Positions 11,631 through 24,865 of a DNA stretch of 64,000 nucleotides are shown piece after piece; the stretch's first letter is position 1, and the number at the start of each line of letters is the position of its first letter. Origin of the DNA: Malacoraja senta (Eukaryota); contig CM075981.1 in assembly GCA_038087875.1 (NCBI GenBank), positions 60,946,001 through 61,010,000 on the forward strand. Reading direction: 5' to 3'. The notes beneath the pieces were generated by a model. That model had not been told where the DNA came from. It saw only the letters and a list, made by a program, of their open reading frames with translations, and did not search any database. Made by a program: the position numbers and the translations under genes.

Positions 11631-12429
11631 ATTTTTTCCCTGGTTGTATCGGAAATGGCCAGTTCTTCTCAAATGTAATCCAACTGTAAAATTAACAGTT
11701 TGTCCCTCTCTGCATACTCTCTTGTTTTATTATTCCCTCTTCATGAGAGTGAATACACATCATGCATACTTCATTGGCCATAAATTGCTTTGATACCTCC
11801 TGAGGTTATGAAAAGTATATAAATCTTTTTCACAGTCCCTTATTGTTTCTTGTATTATTTCTGCACACTTCCCTTCTCATCTTCCCATACCGTGTGAAAT
11901 CTGGCAGTATGGTAGCAAAACTAGACAGAGGCTTGTTCATTCACTGCCATGAATGGAATATTCTTGTTCAGCTCTTTCCAGGTCTGCCATTAGACAGATC
12001 TGGAAATGAATGTAAAAATCCACAGGGAAAAGCACATTTCCTTTCCATTCATCTCAGTTTGCTGACTACATCTTAAAAATAAAAATAAAGTGTTAACACC
12101 ATGCACATAGTTATTTTAATTGTTATACTGGGAGGGAGGTGTTTACAGCATAAATTACAAAGAATAACTAAATATCATAACAATGTTATAATATATAAAC
12201 TACTATAAATCCATTTTTATATCTATATTACTAAAAGTCTGATCTTGACCGCTTTTGGCTCGCTGTGCTGTGATTTCCGAGAGAACGCCGCCACCTACGG
12301 CCGTCATTTTTGGCCACCTCGCTCAGAGCCCCCCTCCGCCTTCCAGGACCAGAGGATTTTTCCCATCGATGTAAAATCAGAGAGATATTAATGTTTTTTT
12401 AAAAATTGCCATTCTCTCTGCTGCCCCTG

Positions 12430-12579
12430 CTGGAGGGAGGGGGAGGGACTATAAAACCAGGAAGTGGTGTGCCTCACTCAGTCTCTGCAAGATGGAGGAA
12501 GCCAGAGGGTCACGTCACGTCACGTCACGTCTCTCTGAACTCTGAATAACACTGAACACATGTCTACTCAACTGTGAGT
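12430..12579 (+). promoter_or_regulatory. Candidate Pol II core promoter and 5' splice donor inside the Helitron
   Basis: GGGAGGG boxes, TATAAAA at 12450-12456, Inr TCA+1GTCT with A at 12480 (TATA at -30), CAGGAAGT ETS-like site, tandem (gtcac)n, ct|GTGAGT donor at 12574. Confidence 0.4.
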
Positions 12580-12607
12580 GCCCTTAATGTGGTTTGAAAA
12601 TGAAAAT

Positions 12608-13113
12608 ATGGTTGGTTTGAAGTAAAAAGGCAGTGCAAATGGTTGTTTGGGGGGTTTTGGGGTTGAAGTAAAAAGACAGTGCAAATGGTTGTTTGGTTTT
12701 TTTTTGGGTTGAAGTAAAAAGGCAGTGCAAATGGTTGTTTGGTTTTTTTTCGGGTTGAAGTAAAAAGGCAGTGCAAATGGTTGGGGGGTTTTTGGGTTGA
12801 AGTAAAAAGACAGTGCAAATGGTTGTTTGGGGGGTTTGGGGGTTGAAGTAAAAAGGCAGTGCAAATGGTTGTTTGGTGGGGGGTTGGGTTGAAGTAAAAA
12901 GGCAGTGTAAATGGATGTTTGGGTTTTTTTTGGGTTGAAGTAAAAAGGCAGTGCAAATGGTTGTTTGGTTTTTTGGGGTTTGAAGTAAAAAGGCAGTTCA
13001 AATGGCTGTTTGGGGGGGGGTTGGGGTTGAAGTAAAAAGGCAATGCAAATGATTGTTTGTGGGGGGGGCTGGGTTGAAGTAAAAAGGCAGTGCAAATGGT
13101 TGTTTGGGGGGGG
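12608..13113. repeat. G/T-rich minisatellite, about 9 x 55-62 bp (ggttgaagtaaaaaggcagtgcaaatggttgtttg plus variable G/T run)
   Basis: Direct inspection; explains the periodic minus-strand ORFs 12564..13154 and 12568..13095. Confidence 0.95.
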
Positions 13114-13519
13114 TTCAGCCCTCCCGTGTGAACATGGGACCCAACGGGTCCCACTTAGTCTAGTACATATTAAAACTCTTTCCTTTCATTTGAGGGCTCC
13201 ATAATTTTGACCCGAACACTTGGGATTGAATCTTGATTTTACATTTTCAACAATGGCAACAGTATCTGTATCACTGTCGTTAAAACAAACTGCAAGTAAA
13301 GGCTATGTATGTGCATGGTTAATTATAATAGAACAGTACAGCATAGGAATAGGCCCTTCGGCCCATGATGTATGTGCTAAACATGATGCCAAATCAAAAT
13401 CCTAGAGCAACCAACTGTAATTCATATTCCTCAAGAATGACTGTTTTCCAGCCTCCAAGGCAAGTATGAAAAATGAAGTATTTATGAACGAGTATTTCTG
13501 TGAATATTTCAAAAATGTT

Positions 13520-13635
13520 GCAATATGGACCAAGCGCAGGCAAGTGGGACTAGTGTAGCTGGGACATTGTTGGCCGGGTGTGGGCGAGTTGGGCCGAAGG
13601 GCCTGTTTCCACACTGTATCACTCTATGTCTCTAA
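13520..13635 (+). mobile_element. CR1-type LINE/SINE 3' tail fragment
   Basis: atatggaccaagcgcaggcaagtgggactag...gggccgaagggcctgtttccacactgtatcactctatg. Confidence 0.75.
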
Positions 13636-15049
13636 GTGAATTTGTCTTATTGTCTTAAGCCATAAATATATGGGTGCCTAACAGAAACAAATCTTCAATG
13701 TAGGTTATAACTCCTCCCACATTTCAAAATATTTGTTACAATTTTAAGTCTATCATTCAATTTATTCATCTTGCATGTTTCAATCTTTATTTTCCATTGT
13801 GTAAAATTGTTACAATATTGGTTAATAAGCTTATATTTGTTGTTTCCCGGTTTACCATATGAAAATTCTTCAACATGATTGTCTGTTCACTCATCTTGAG
13901 TTATGTATCCCCATGGACTTCCCTAAGCTGATACATAAAAACCTTTATTAAAGTCCATGGCATGGAAGCAGTTGACCTTGCTGACTATGAAGAAAGCTGC
14001 ACACACTGTTGCTTTGAAGACTTCAGGCATATTTATTACACATCGTTTTTTCACTATTTCAGATGAGCAGGAGATGAAATATTTTTTCTCAAGTTGCTCT
14101 TGGTCATTAGTCTGTATGTATACCATGTAAATACTCCCAAGCAAGCTACTTTAACACTTGAGAAAGCAAATTTGCAGGGCAAATATTACCATGGATCCAT
14201 CTACACATTTTATACTTTGGGAACAATCCTTAGTCGAGTTTCATGTCGACTAAGGATAAGTTTTCTGATACTTTAAATAAATGACTAGTAATTGTGCAAA
14301 CTGACCACTAATATTTATGAGAAGTCTTAGATATTTATGTTAAGGGATAAAAGTGCCTCGAGCCAAGAATTTACTCAAATTTGCACTGCACCCGTTACTT
14401 TATAATTTCCCAATACATTTTACAACCAGTTAAGTATATGTGAGCCTTGGGTACTTAGGTACTTTTATAGCATTGGTAAATGCGCCCGTTAATTTGCATA
14501 CAATAAGGTTTCAAAGAGAATAACTAAATACATGACTAGACTATTTTCCCCAATATTATTGATTGAGGGTTAAATAAAGGGCAAGACACCAGTGAGAAAT
14601 CTATTGACCTACAATATACTATGAAATATTTTGTGCACCAAATTAAACATGGCTATGTTTAACTTTTGTGTTGAAATAGTTAATAATACTGCGTTGAGTG
14701 GTAAGCATGCTCTAAATTTATAATCTCTGTGCTTCAATGTTTTAGGATTTACACTGTTAGCTGAGATGGATATTGTTCTAAGAAAAATGGACCAACATTG
14801 TAATTTTTACTAAGGGAAGACGAGGCAGTTAATGTATGAATAGGGAATAATTTTAGTTCATTTATCCTGTGCCCACAATGATTTCATAAATAAGGGCATA
14901 AAGTACAGACCTGCTCCAACATATAGCAGTTGTGCAGAAACGATGATCACAGATACTATTGCAAGTATTATTTGTGCCACCATGAAAGTCCACAAAATGG
15001 GCTAGTGAATCACTTACTCTTGACAAGCAATGCTGTTGCCATACCATGT

Positions 15050-15700
15050 ATCATGATCGACATTCTGGGGGCCACCGTTGACCAAACCTGTATTGGTCAA
15101 GCCCCATAACCACAGTGAGTACAAAAGTGGGTCAGAAGCTAGATATCCTGTGGTGAGTGACGTACCTCCTCACACTCTAAAGCCATTTCACTTTCTGCAA
15201 AGTACAAGTCAGGAATGGAATGGGATACTCTCCACTTGCTGGCATTGTGGTAATCATATTTGAGAACCTTCACACAGAACAAAATAGCCCACTGGATTGG
15301 TACTGCCTCTGTCACCTTAAACATGAATTCATTCCACCACCTGCATAGAGTGGTTGCAGTGTCTACCATCCACAACTGCAATGCAGATACTTGCCCAGAC
15401 TACTCCACCAGCACCTCCCAAACCCGTGACTTCTACCCAGAAAGGCACATACTTGGGACAGATGGAAGTGCATCCACTGGCATTTTTATCTTCAAACCAC
15501 ACATCGCTCTGACCTGGAAATATGTTGCTGTTTTTTAATAATTGCCATTTAAATGCTGGAACGCCCAATCCAGCACCACTTTGAACATGCTTTCACTGGA
15601 AAAATTGCAGCAGTTCACGTTGCATCAAGTTGCCTTGCTTCTTGATGGAGACTAAATACTGGCCTTGCCATCAATGCTAGATCCTGAAAAGTATTAACAA
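15050..15700 (+). mobile_element. Old CR1/L2-clade LINE 3' region
   Basis: Degenerate post-RT coding features (gtacaagtcagga..ggatactctccacttgc, ccaccac...gtggttgcagtgtctaccatc, cagcacctcccaaacccg). Confidence 0.55.
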
Positions 15701-16779
15701 ATCAAAGTAAAATAAATAAATAAGAGGTTCAAGCTAATAGCTATTCTTGCCAAAAAATTGGGGGGAAATAAGTTAGTTTGCTGCGTTTTGTTACTATAAT
15801 CCAGCCAAGTGAAGAACTTTGTTACTTTCATGATTTGTGATTTGTAGAAAGTGAAAAAGCTCCAAGGATGTGAGGTGAGTCACTCACGGCAAGAAGCCCA
15901 GCTTCTGACTTGCTGGTGTAGCCACTAATTACATGGCTGGCCCAGTTTAGTTCTGGTCAGTGGTGGCATCTAAGATGTTGAATATGAATATTTGAATTAG
16001 ATGCTAAAGCTATAAGCAGAACATTTGTCTTGGAAAACCTTAATGGAAACCAGATATTGGCAGTCAGTTGTGGTGTATTATCATCAAGTAAACCATTGAC
16101 AGGATGATGGTCTCATTACACTTCCATAATATTTTTGATTGAAAGGATTTGAGAAACATTACATCATGTCATGACACCAACCTAACTTTTCACAGTGTAA
16201 ACAGGAAACTGAAATTATTAAGATATCCATCTAAATAGGTTCTTCTGAATGAATTGGAAAGGTTGTGTTGAAAGGCAATATAAATTTTCAATAACACATA
16301 ATCTTGGGATTAAATGATGGTTTAATTGGATGTCAATTGATTTCAGCATCTATTTAAATTTTAATGTTTGGAAAGCTGTTTTGAAAATTTAGATATGCAT
16401 TATAACATTGCTCCTAAAATTGTTATACAATGGGACACATTCATCAAGTGGAAGCTATTATGAATTCTAGAAACAAAAACAGTTTAACTAGTCACAATGC
16501 TGATGTTGTAAATTGGTGCTTGCAGAGAGATTCTTTGCTTGTGAAGATTTCCTGTGGAAAAATTGAAATTTGAAGGTACTATTGCACACTGGGTTTGTGA
16601 ACGGCTGTAATCTTTTGAAATAATTTGGGATTGTTTTGTGCTATCTTGTCTTTCATCAGGTTTGTCTTTAAAACTGAGACATGAATTTCTCAGCCAGCTT
16701 TTTTAATCCATTGCCGATTGTCTAATTTATAGTTTTTTGTACTGAAAGTGATATCATGTTACTTTAACATTAATGTAAT

Positions 16780-17095
16780 TTTCCGTGTTATCTACGCAAA
16801 TCATACCATACATGATTACATCAATGGTGCCAAAAAATAAATAAACAGAGGAGAATATAATGTGATGCTGCAGAGAAACTGCACATAAAAAGTGCTTGGG
16901 CCACAATGAGTGGATTAGAAGATTGGAAATTTGTCATTAGCAGATGAACGGACTTTTCAAGAGTCTGATAACAGCAGGAAAGAAGCTGTTCTTCAATCTG
17001 GTGATAGTGCTTTCAAGCTTTATTATCTACTGCCTAATAAGACAGGGGAGAAGAAAAAATCACCAGGGTGTGAGAGTAACAACACCATGCTTTTA
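16780..17095 (-). mobile_element. Rex/Babar-like LINE 3' fragment
   Basis: ttcaagagtctgataacagcaggaaagaagctgttcttcaatctgg is the reverse complement of the type of sequence at 28690-28760. Confidence 0.55.
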
Positions 17096-17129
17096 CGTAA
17101 CTCCATTAATTTTCAACAGTTGCAAATAA

Positions 17130-18240
17130 TGTGGACTTGGGTGCGTTTCAGAAGGCCTTTGGATAAGGTGAAGATGAGAGCCCATGGTATTAAAGGGAAA
17201 GTACTAGCATGGATAGCGGGTTGGCTGGATGGCAGAATGCAAAGAGTTGCAATAAAAGGCGCTTTTTCAGGTTGGCTGCCAGTGACTAGAGGAGTTCCAC
17301 AAGGGTTGGTGCTAAGACTGCTGCTCTTCACGTTGTATATTAATGATTTGGATAAGGGGATTGAAGGCCTTGTGACCAAGTTTGCAGATGATGCTAAGAT
17401 AGGTGGAGTGGCAGGTAGTGTAGAGGAAGCACGGACTCTGCAGAAGGACTTGGACAGGTTAGGAGAATGGGAAGAGAAGTGGCAGATTAAATTCAGTGTA
17501 GCAAAGTGCGGAGTCATGCATTTTGGTAATAAGAATAGAGGCGTAGATAATCTTCTATATGGAGAGAGAATCCAGAAATCGGAGATGCAAAGGGACTTGG
17601 GAATGCTGGTGCAGCACTCCCAAAAAGTTAATTTGCAAGTCGAATCGGTAGTAAGGAAGGCAAATTCAATTCTAGCATTTATATCAAGCGGACTGGAATA
17701 CAAAAATAGATATGTAGTGCTGAGGCTCTAGAAGGCACTGGTCAGGCCGCATTTGAAGTACTGTGAGCAAATTTGGGCCCCATATCTGAGGAAGGATGTG
17801 CTAGCTCTGGAGAGGGTCCAGAGGAGGTTTACAAGATTGATTCCAGGGATGAGTGGGTTAGCATATAATGAGCGTCTGACAGTACTGGGCCTCTACTCAC
17901 TGGAGTTTAAAAGGTTGAGGGGGGGATCTCATTAAAACTTACAGAATAATGAAAGGCATAGATAGAGTGGATGTGGAAAGAATGTTTCCACTGGAGGGAG
18001 AGTCTAGGACCAGAGGTCATAGTCTCAGAATTAAAGGTCGCTCTTTTAGAAAGGAGGTGAGGAGGAACTTCTTTAGTCAGAAGGTAGTTAATCTGTGGAA
18101 CTCATTGCCACAGGGCTGTGGAGGCCGTCAGTTTAAGGCAGAGATAGACAAATCCTTGATTAGAATGGGTATGATTGAATGGTGGAGTAGACTCGATGGG
18201 CCGAATGGCCTAATTCAACTCCTGGAACTTGTGAACAAAT
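17130..18240 (+). mobile_element. 5'-truncated CR1 LINE (RT domain to 3' tail), disrupted
   Basis: ORFs 16931..17731, 17753..17935 and 17949..18311: GVPQGLVL, LYINDL, KFADDAK, ERVQRRFTRLIPG, RTRGH, RRNFFSQKVVNLWNSLP; premature stop at 17729 and frameshifts. Confidence 0.95.
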
Positions 18241-21200
18241 TATTTATTATTATATCTTTTACTCCTTCCCATCACATCCAGCAATTTATCTTTTACATTG
18301 TTTTATTTTAAAATGAAATCTCACAACACACTGAGAGAACTTTGCAAGAATAGTTTGTGAAGGATTAAATAATTCAGAGGCAGTTCTGAATTATAGGTCA
18401 CCGAATTTTGATCTAGTACAGAAGTATTTATTTAAAGACACTTGTAACTCGTGGTCACCTGAGTCCTGACAGGCATTTTTCCTAGTAGCTCTAAAAGAAA
18501 ACTACTTATTTCAGATTAAAACAGCTTATGAATATGCAGATCCATATCTGCATAATTTTCCGATCTTAGTGTGAAATGATTAGTTATCACTTATCAGTCC
18601 GGAAACTGTTTAAGCAAGGAGCCTGGGCACTTGCTTGGTATGATTTTCTAGAAATGTTAACTGTAAGAAATCTCCATTGGCATGACAGATTTTTATCATA
18701 ATTTTAGTTTTTCCTATGAAACCTAATTATTTCAGATTAACAATGGTTCTAAAACTCAGGTGTTTTTTCAAGGCTGTTTTAGGAAAGATTATTTTGCAGT
18801 GATATCTATTGGATCCACACTGAGAGACTGCTAAAATCACTGGTTAATTCCAATTATTGAAAAGCAAAAATCTGCAGCTATTGGAAAAATCCAAAATAAA
18901 TAAAACCAGAAAATGCTGGAAACGCTCATCAGGCTGGGCAGCGTCTGTGGAAAAAGAAACAATCTAGAGCTTGAAAAGCGATGAAGGAGTCACAGGCTTT
19001 CCACAGTCTACTTTCAAGCCCTGCGTTTCCAGAATTTCCTGTTATTTTAAATCTAATTATTTTTGAGGCATGAATTTATCTCTGAAGATCAACGTGTCGT
19101 GCTCTGACTTGTAACTTTTGCCACAAATATTACCAGTTTGGTTCCATTTGTTCAAAACTGTGAATATTTTATCTTAACGGGTTTTTCAGTGCAAATATGC
19201 ATACCCACTGTTATGATACAAAAGCATAATTTATTTAATGTAGCTGCTTGAATTTGTTTCTTGCATTCCAATTCATTTTGGTCAAGTTTTTAAAAAATAT
19301 TTGAAGAATATATTATGCAATATCTTAACTGTTTATTCTGTAAAGTTTAATTTGTGCCATATTTAATTGTATATATTAAACAGTACAGGCTGTGGCACCT
19401 GTTGCAGCTTTTGTGTCGTGTAAACTACAACTGATCAAGCAGAACATATTAAACAAAATGGAAGAGTTTATTGTACCTTCAAAAAGAAATTAGCTGAATG
19501 TTGAAACTTTCAGTGGTACAAATATTACCTGGTTTGTTAGCAATGACTACGGACTGCGCCTGGATTATGAACTCCCAATGAATGTACAATCCTACATATG
19601 AACAAACTCCAATAATGTTAAATGATGTACATATATAGTTTGTTCCCATGATCAACAGAACTAGTTTCCTATCTCCACTTTTAGTAATTGTTCTTTTCGC
19701 CTATTGGATGTCCATTACAATTCAGTGGCGATACGGTTATCATATAGAATGTATTTTTAATGTACTTTCTGACGTGAACAAAATTTACTTATGGACGTCT
19801 GCAAAAAATGAATTTGTTATCTGGAGATAGTCTGTCATTACTATTGGTGTTGTGCTTTTGATTATTTGTATTATATAACAGCTATTCAATTTTAAGGTTG
19901 ATCTGAAAAACTATTGAGACAAAGACATGGCAGATAAATTATAGTGTGACATCAGATGTATAGATGAAATGAGATGTTTGATTGCAATTAAATAGTTGCC
20001 TGAAAAGTGAAGCAATTTCAAGATTATATGGAGTAATCAAATTGAATGGGTCATGGAGAAAAAATACCTCTGCCAATCTAATCCTGCTTTGGTCTAGTTG
20101 CAGTGAAGGATGTGTGAATCATGATTCCTTGGTTTAATCAGAAAATATTTCTGGAAGGCAACCACTAAAGGATGATTAATATGAAATAAAAAACATTTAT
20201 TCTGGAGGTTTGTTGGGTGCTAGTGTATTTAGTTTTGGAAAGGAATCATGAGAACCAAATAGAATTGTTTCTTGACAGAAAAAGGTTGAAATGGGATACC
20301 CACTGCCACAAAGTTGAGATGTAATTTAGAGGGTTTCAGATAGAAACTAAGGTAGTGCATGAGAGATGAAAGAATAGGAGGTGATGTTGAAAGACGGAGA
20401 CGAGGTACTCGGAATGATTTAGTGATGCATGTTTGATTAATGTCCTCTCTGATTGCAAAGTTATAATGTGCTCTGTGTAAATGGGATTCGTTCACAGTGA
20501 GCTAATATTATCTATTTGGAAGACTTGCTAGAGAAAGGGTTTTTTCTTGTTCTACAATTTTACGATTCACTAAACAATGGCATTTTCTTCTCCCAATTGC
20601 AACTGATTTTTACCACAAACCACTTTTCCTTTTGTATTAATGCTTCCTCATCCTTGAATGCAATTGACTACTTATTACTGTGACACACATGCTGGTCATA
20701 GAATTGCCAACTAATCCACTGCCGAGGACTTTCAAGCTTTCTGTGCTAATATCTCATTTATTAATCTTGCGTGAGTTTCATTACACAGCAAGGACAAAAC
20801 AGACACTGATCGTCAATGGTACTTTGAGGAAAATTATGAAAAAAAGTTAGCAAAACTCAAATGATAGTAGCTGGAAGTATGACATGATAGTGATTTAATC
20901 TTGTGTTTCATATGGACTTAATAAACTGATTTTGCGTCATTTGAGCTTCTCAAATAGATTGCTGGGTTTGTAATGGCATACATATTTATCTTCCAAATCC
21001 ACAATTTGCTTTCAGACAAAGATAATCAAATTCCATTTATTCCACTGTAATATTTTAAAAATGTTCATGTGGAAAAAAACCTGTCGTGGATGGAATTAAT
21101 AAGCAACAATGTGATTTCAAGTTTTACATTTAAAAAGAAAAACCTCAATCACATTCAAATAAAAGAAAATGCTAATGTCAGAATATATTTCAAAATAAGA

Positions 21201-22434
21201 ACCAAAGTCTGACCAGAAAACGGTAGGTCAGTTTCACTTTCCTGTTGAACATTTTGACAGCTTAGAACAACATATGACTGCATTAACTTAAACTTAAGAT
21301 GTTAAGTAATCGGAAATCTTGAAGAAAAATAAAGTGATAGAAACACTTGGGTCTGACAGCAACTGTGGAAAATGTAATGTTTCGGATCAAAGACTGCTTC
21401 AGTTGTGTTGAAGAAACTTTGACCTGACACATTTAACTCTCTTTCTCTTTCCATAGTTGCTGCTTAACCTGCTGATTGTTTCCAGCATTTACTGTTTTAT
21501 TTTTAATAAAAAATGTATGCATACTTTAAAGGTTCACTTTTGTGAAGTGTGTTGGATTACTCTCTAGATCTTGTCTAAAAATGAAGATTCTGAAAATATA
21601 AATGATGTGACAAATATTTTCTTTGAAAAAAAAAATCTGCTTATAGCTCCATTTATGCCCCATTCCACAGAAAGTTTTAGTATTCATTATGTTATCTCAT
21701 TTCAAAGGCAGTCAACCTTAAGGAATGAAGGAAAAGGACCATGACACTTCAGGCCTCAAAGCTTGAATTCATAGTGCTTTAAAAGAGAGAGCACATGTAA
21801 AGGAGTTCCTGTGTGTGAGATTATGACTAAATCTCTGAATAGAACAGAGAAATTAAATTGGAAAATGTATTTGTATCTCAAATTTTAAAAGAAAGCTTAT
21901 GTTTGAAAATATTGAGTGCATTTACATAAGAAGGTACAGAATATCAAGTTCCTCAACAGAATATGGATGGCTGGATGAATGAATGAGTTTTTTGAACTAC
22001 TTTTTCTTAAACACACAGCCAATTTTGCCAACATGCTTAGCTGGAAAACTCATTCCAGAATGGATAACAACGCCATTTCAAATCACCTAATGTAAAGATT
22101 TTTGTAGGTAACTTACTGTAAATGTTGATTCCTCTCTTGAGACTACGTTAGCATCTCAGATGTATCTAAAACAACTTGAATCTAGTAATGTGTTCATTAC
22201 TATCGAGAACACAACAATAAATGTGACAATTAATATAACCATTGTCTATTTTTCAATAGTTTTCATTTTATTTTAACTGATAAAATCAGATTTCTGAATT
22301 TAATCGTAGAAAAACTATATAACTATCTTGCATAGTTTTCACTACTATTGAATCTTGTGTGGTATTGCTTACTGGTAAAGGTGCATCTCCAGATTCTGGT
22401 GGATTCCAGGATTTATTTCATATGTTTATGTCTT

Positions 22435-22575
22435 TCAAAAGACATTTGGACAGATATATAGATAGGAAGGGTTAAGAGGAGTATAGACCAAATGTGGACA
22501 AATGGGACTGAACCAGAATCCCAACTAGGTCAGCATGGACATAGTGGGCCAAAGGGTCTGTTTCTATGCTGTGTG
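22435..22575 (+). mobile_element. CR1-type 3' tail fragment
   Basis: aaagacatttggacagatatatagataggaagggttaagagga...gggccaaagggtctgtttc. Confidence 0.7.
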
Positions 22576-24424
22576 GCTGATTTTATGGTTTGGGGAGCTG
22601 ATTGGACCACACACTCGTAGCAAGGTGACATTAGCTTTGGAGGCACAAGGAACTGCAGAAGCTGCTATCTTGAACAAACCACAAAGTACTGGACTAACTC
22701 AGCAGATTAGGCATCATCTGTGGAGGGAATGGATATGTGACGTTTTGCATTGGGACCCTTCAAGCTACCTTTTATTTTGAATTAATTAATTAAATCTTGC
22801 AGTTGAGGGGTAATTACTTTGTATTCATTACTTCATCCATCCATCCAAATATTTGGTCAAAATCCTTTATCAGTAAATGGCAAGTAGCCGGTAATAGCTA
22901 AAAGGCATTGTATTGTCTTGACATTTTTTCCATGCAAGGCTCACCTCCACTTATTTCTGAATCTTGATAAACTTGTTTGTTTAGTATAGTGTTGCTATTC
23001 TGTGACCTTTAAGGTTTTACCAATCAGCTTGATCACCTACGTATAAACTCGCAAGAGGTGACGCTTAGTTAATATGCCCATTCGATAAAGTTGTACAATC
23101 AAAGTGCTTTCCATATTTTTTTTAATTAGCTACCATCTTTTTTGAATAATTACCCAAACAAGTACACTTGTGAAAATGTTGCACTCATTTTTCTCCATGG
23201 TATCCAGCAAACAAACTATTCATATAATTGAGAATTTTTTGTAGAATTAGTTGTGCAGTGCTAGAGTGATGGTCCCATTCTCTTTACTGTTTGTTATTTG
23301 CTGTTCATTTATCATCTCGCTCTATGTTAAACAGAAATGAAAGGTTAAATGCTAAATGAGCAGTAACCTTTTTTGTTTCCATTTGTTAATATTGATCTTT
23401 TTATGCAAAAGAGGAAATAAAAATGATCATTTCCTTCACTGCCACTTTGTTCAAATAGACATCCAAGGTAGTAATCTTGCAGAGCACTACTTCCCAAAGA
23501 GTCTAAAATTAAAATTCCAGAAATCAGGGGAAATGTGAAGTGAAGGTTACAATCGGAGCAGTCACAATCTAACTGAATGGCAGAGCAGGCTTGAGCGCTA
23601 GATGGCTTATTCCTGCTGATTTTTTTACATGTTCAATTCAATCTTCTCCAGATCAATATCCAGACCAATGGAATGCAATCACTAAATCACTATATCCCTC
23701 TTGACATGCAAACTTCTTTTTGAAAGAATAATTGGCAAAACATTATTTTGGTGGAAGTAACAGCCTATCATGGGGACATGTCTTCAGACAATAAACTTCG
23801 GAATTACTGATAATGACTATTTGCTAGAACACCTTTTCTCAAAATATAATATATTTGCTTCAATATCAAATGCATGTTGGGGGTGACAAGCTGGCTGTTA
23901 AAAGTTAGGCTTGCATATCATTGCATTTTTAAAATGGGTGACTTCCAAGCATTTTTGGAGGGAATATATTGATGAACCTGAAGCTGGATAAACAGTAACA
24001 TAATCTTACAACATTTAATAAATTAAATATTCTAGAGGTTAAAAGATTTAATGGTATTCTTTCCTCTTAACAATGTTTAGAAGTAACATTGTTACCAATG
24101 ACAGGTCAGAAGCAGCAACTGAAGCATAGTTGTGAGATTACCTTATTTTTCCCAGAACTTCCAATTGCATTACAATTGAAACAGATCCTCTTATCCTCAG
24201 TTTATGGTTTACCAGTAAATATTGATGAAATTCATAGTATTGTGCATTATGCATGTAATTGGGTTATAAATTGCTGCAACCAATATGTCAAGAATTTGGA
24301 CAAAAAAAAGGATTGCTCCATTCCTTGAACAAGTACGGAAATGTTTGCAGATAAGGAAGTTGGTATTTTCATCTGAATTGAGACCTACATGCCTAACCTT
24401 GACATGTCACCAAAGGGTGGCAGC

Positions 24425-24865
24425 TAGGGTTGCCGACTGTCCCGTATTAGCCGTATTATACCGTATATTGGACTAAATTGGTTTGTCCCATATGGGACCG
24501 CCCTTGTCCCATATTTGACTGTTACTAATCTGGTCGAGATGCTGCTGCACCCGCTGAGTTTCTCCAGCATTTTTGTGTATGTCCTATTCATGTACCTGTC
24601 TAACTGGGGGGGGGGGGGGTGTTGATAGGCAGATGGTTGGACATAGGCCAGAGATGAAAAGACAGGCGTGAGACAAAAGGATTGAAGAGTTATGTTCTGT
24701 GAAGCTAGAGGAAGGAATGTAGGTGGAAGAGGAGAGGGAGGGGAGAAATAGATGTGTCCAGGTGGAGCATGGGGGAGGGGAGGTGGTTTGGGGAAGAAGG
24801 GAGAGAGGGAGGGTTTTGTAGTTATCTGAATTGGAAAATCCAATGTTCATGCCTTTTGGGTATGC
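24425..24865. mobile_element. Mosaic: hAT-like left end (tagggttgcc...), a 70-bp CR1-tail/PLE-repeat junction, and a PLE 3' region on the minus strand
   Basis: tagggttgccgactgtcccg start with repeated tgtccc motifs; 24537-24606 is the reverse complement of 31059-31128; minus strand near 24850 reads PKGMNIGFSN. Confidence 0.6.

Larger units (their letters stand above)
12222..13163 (+). mobile_element. Non-autonomous Helitron
   Basis: A|TC 5' end (tctatattactaaaagtctgatcttg), 3' hairpin tgggaccc-aac-gggtccca (13135-13153), then CTAG|T; inserted between A and T without TSD. Confidence 0.88.

Noticed and set aside
12564-13154. Two long minus-strand ORFs (196 and 175 aa) and a CRISPR-like repeat/spacer look
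   Set aside because: Both ORFs are translations of the minisatellite. The spacers are low-complexity G/T runs, the context is eukaryotic and there are no cas genes.
16931-17731. 266-aa ORF as a functional reverse transcriptase
   Set aside because: Chance fusion of an antisense Rex/Babar fragment with a 5'-truncated CR1 that has internal deletions and a premature stop.
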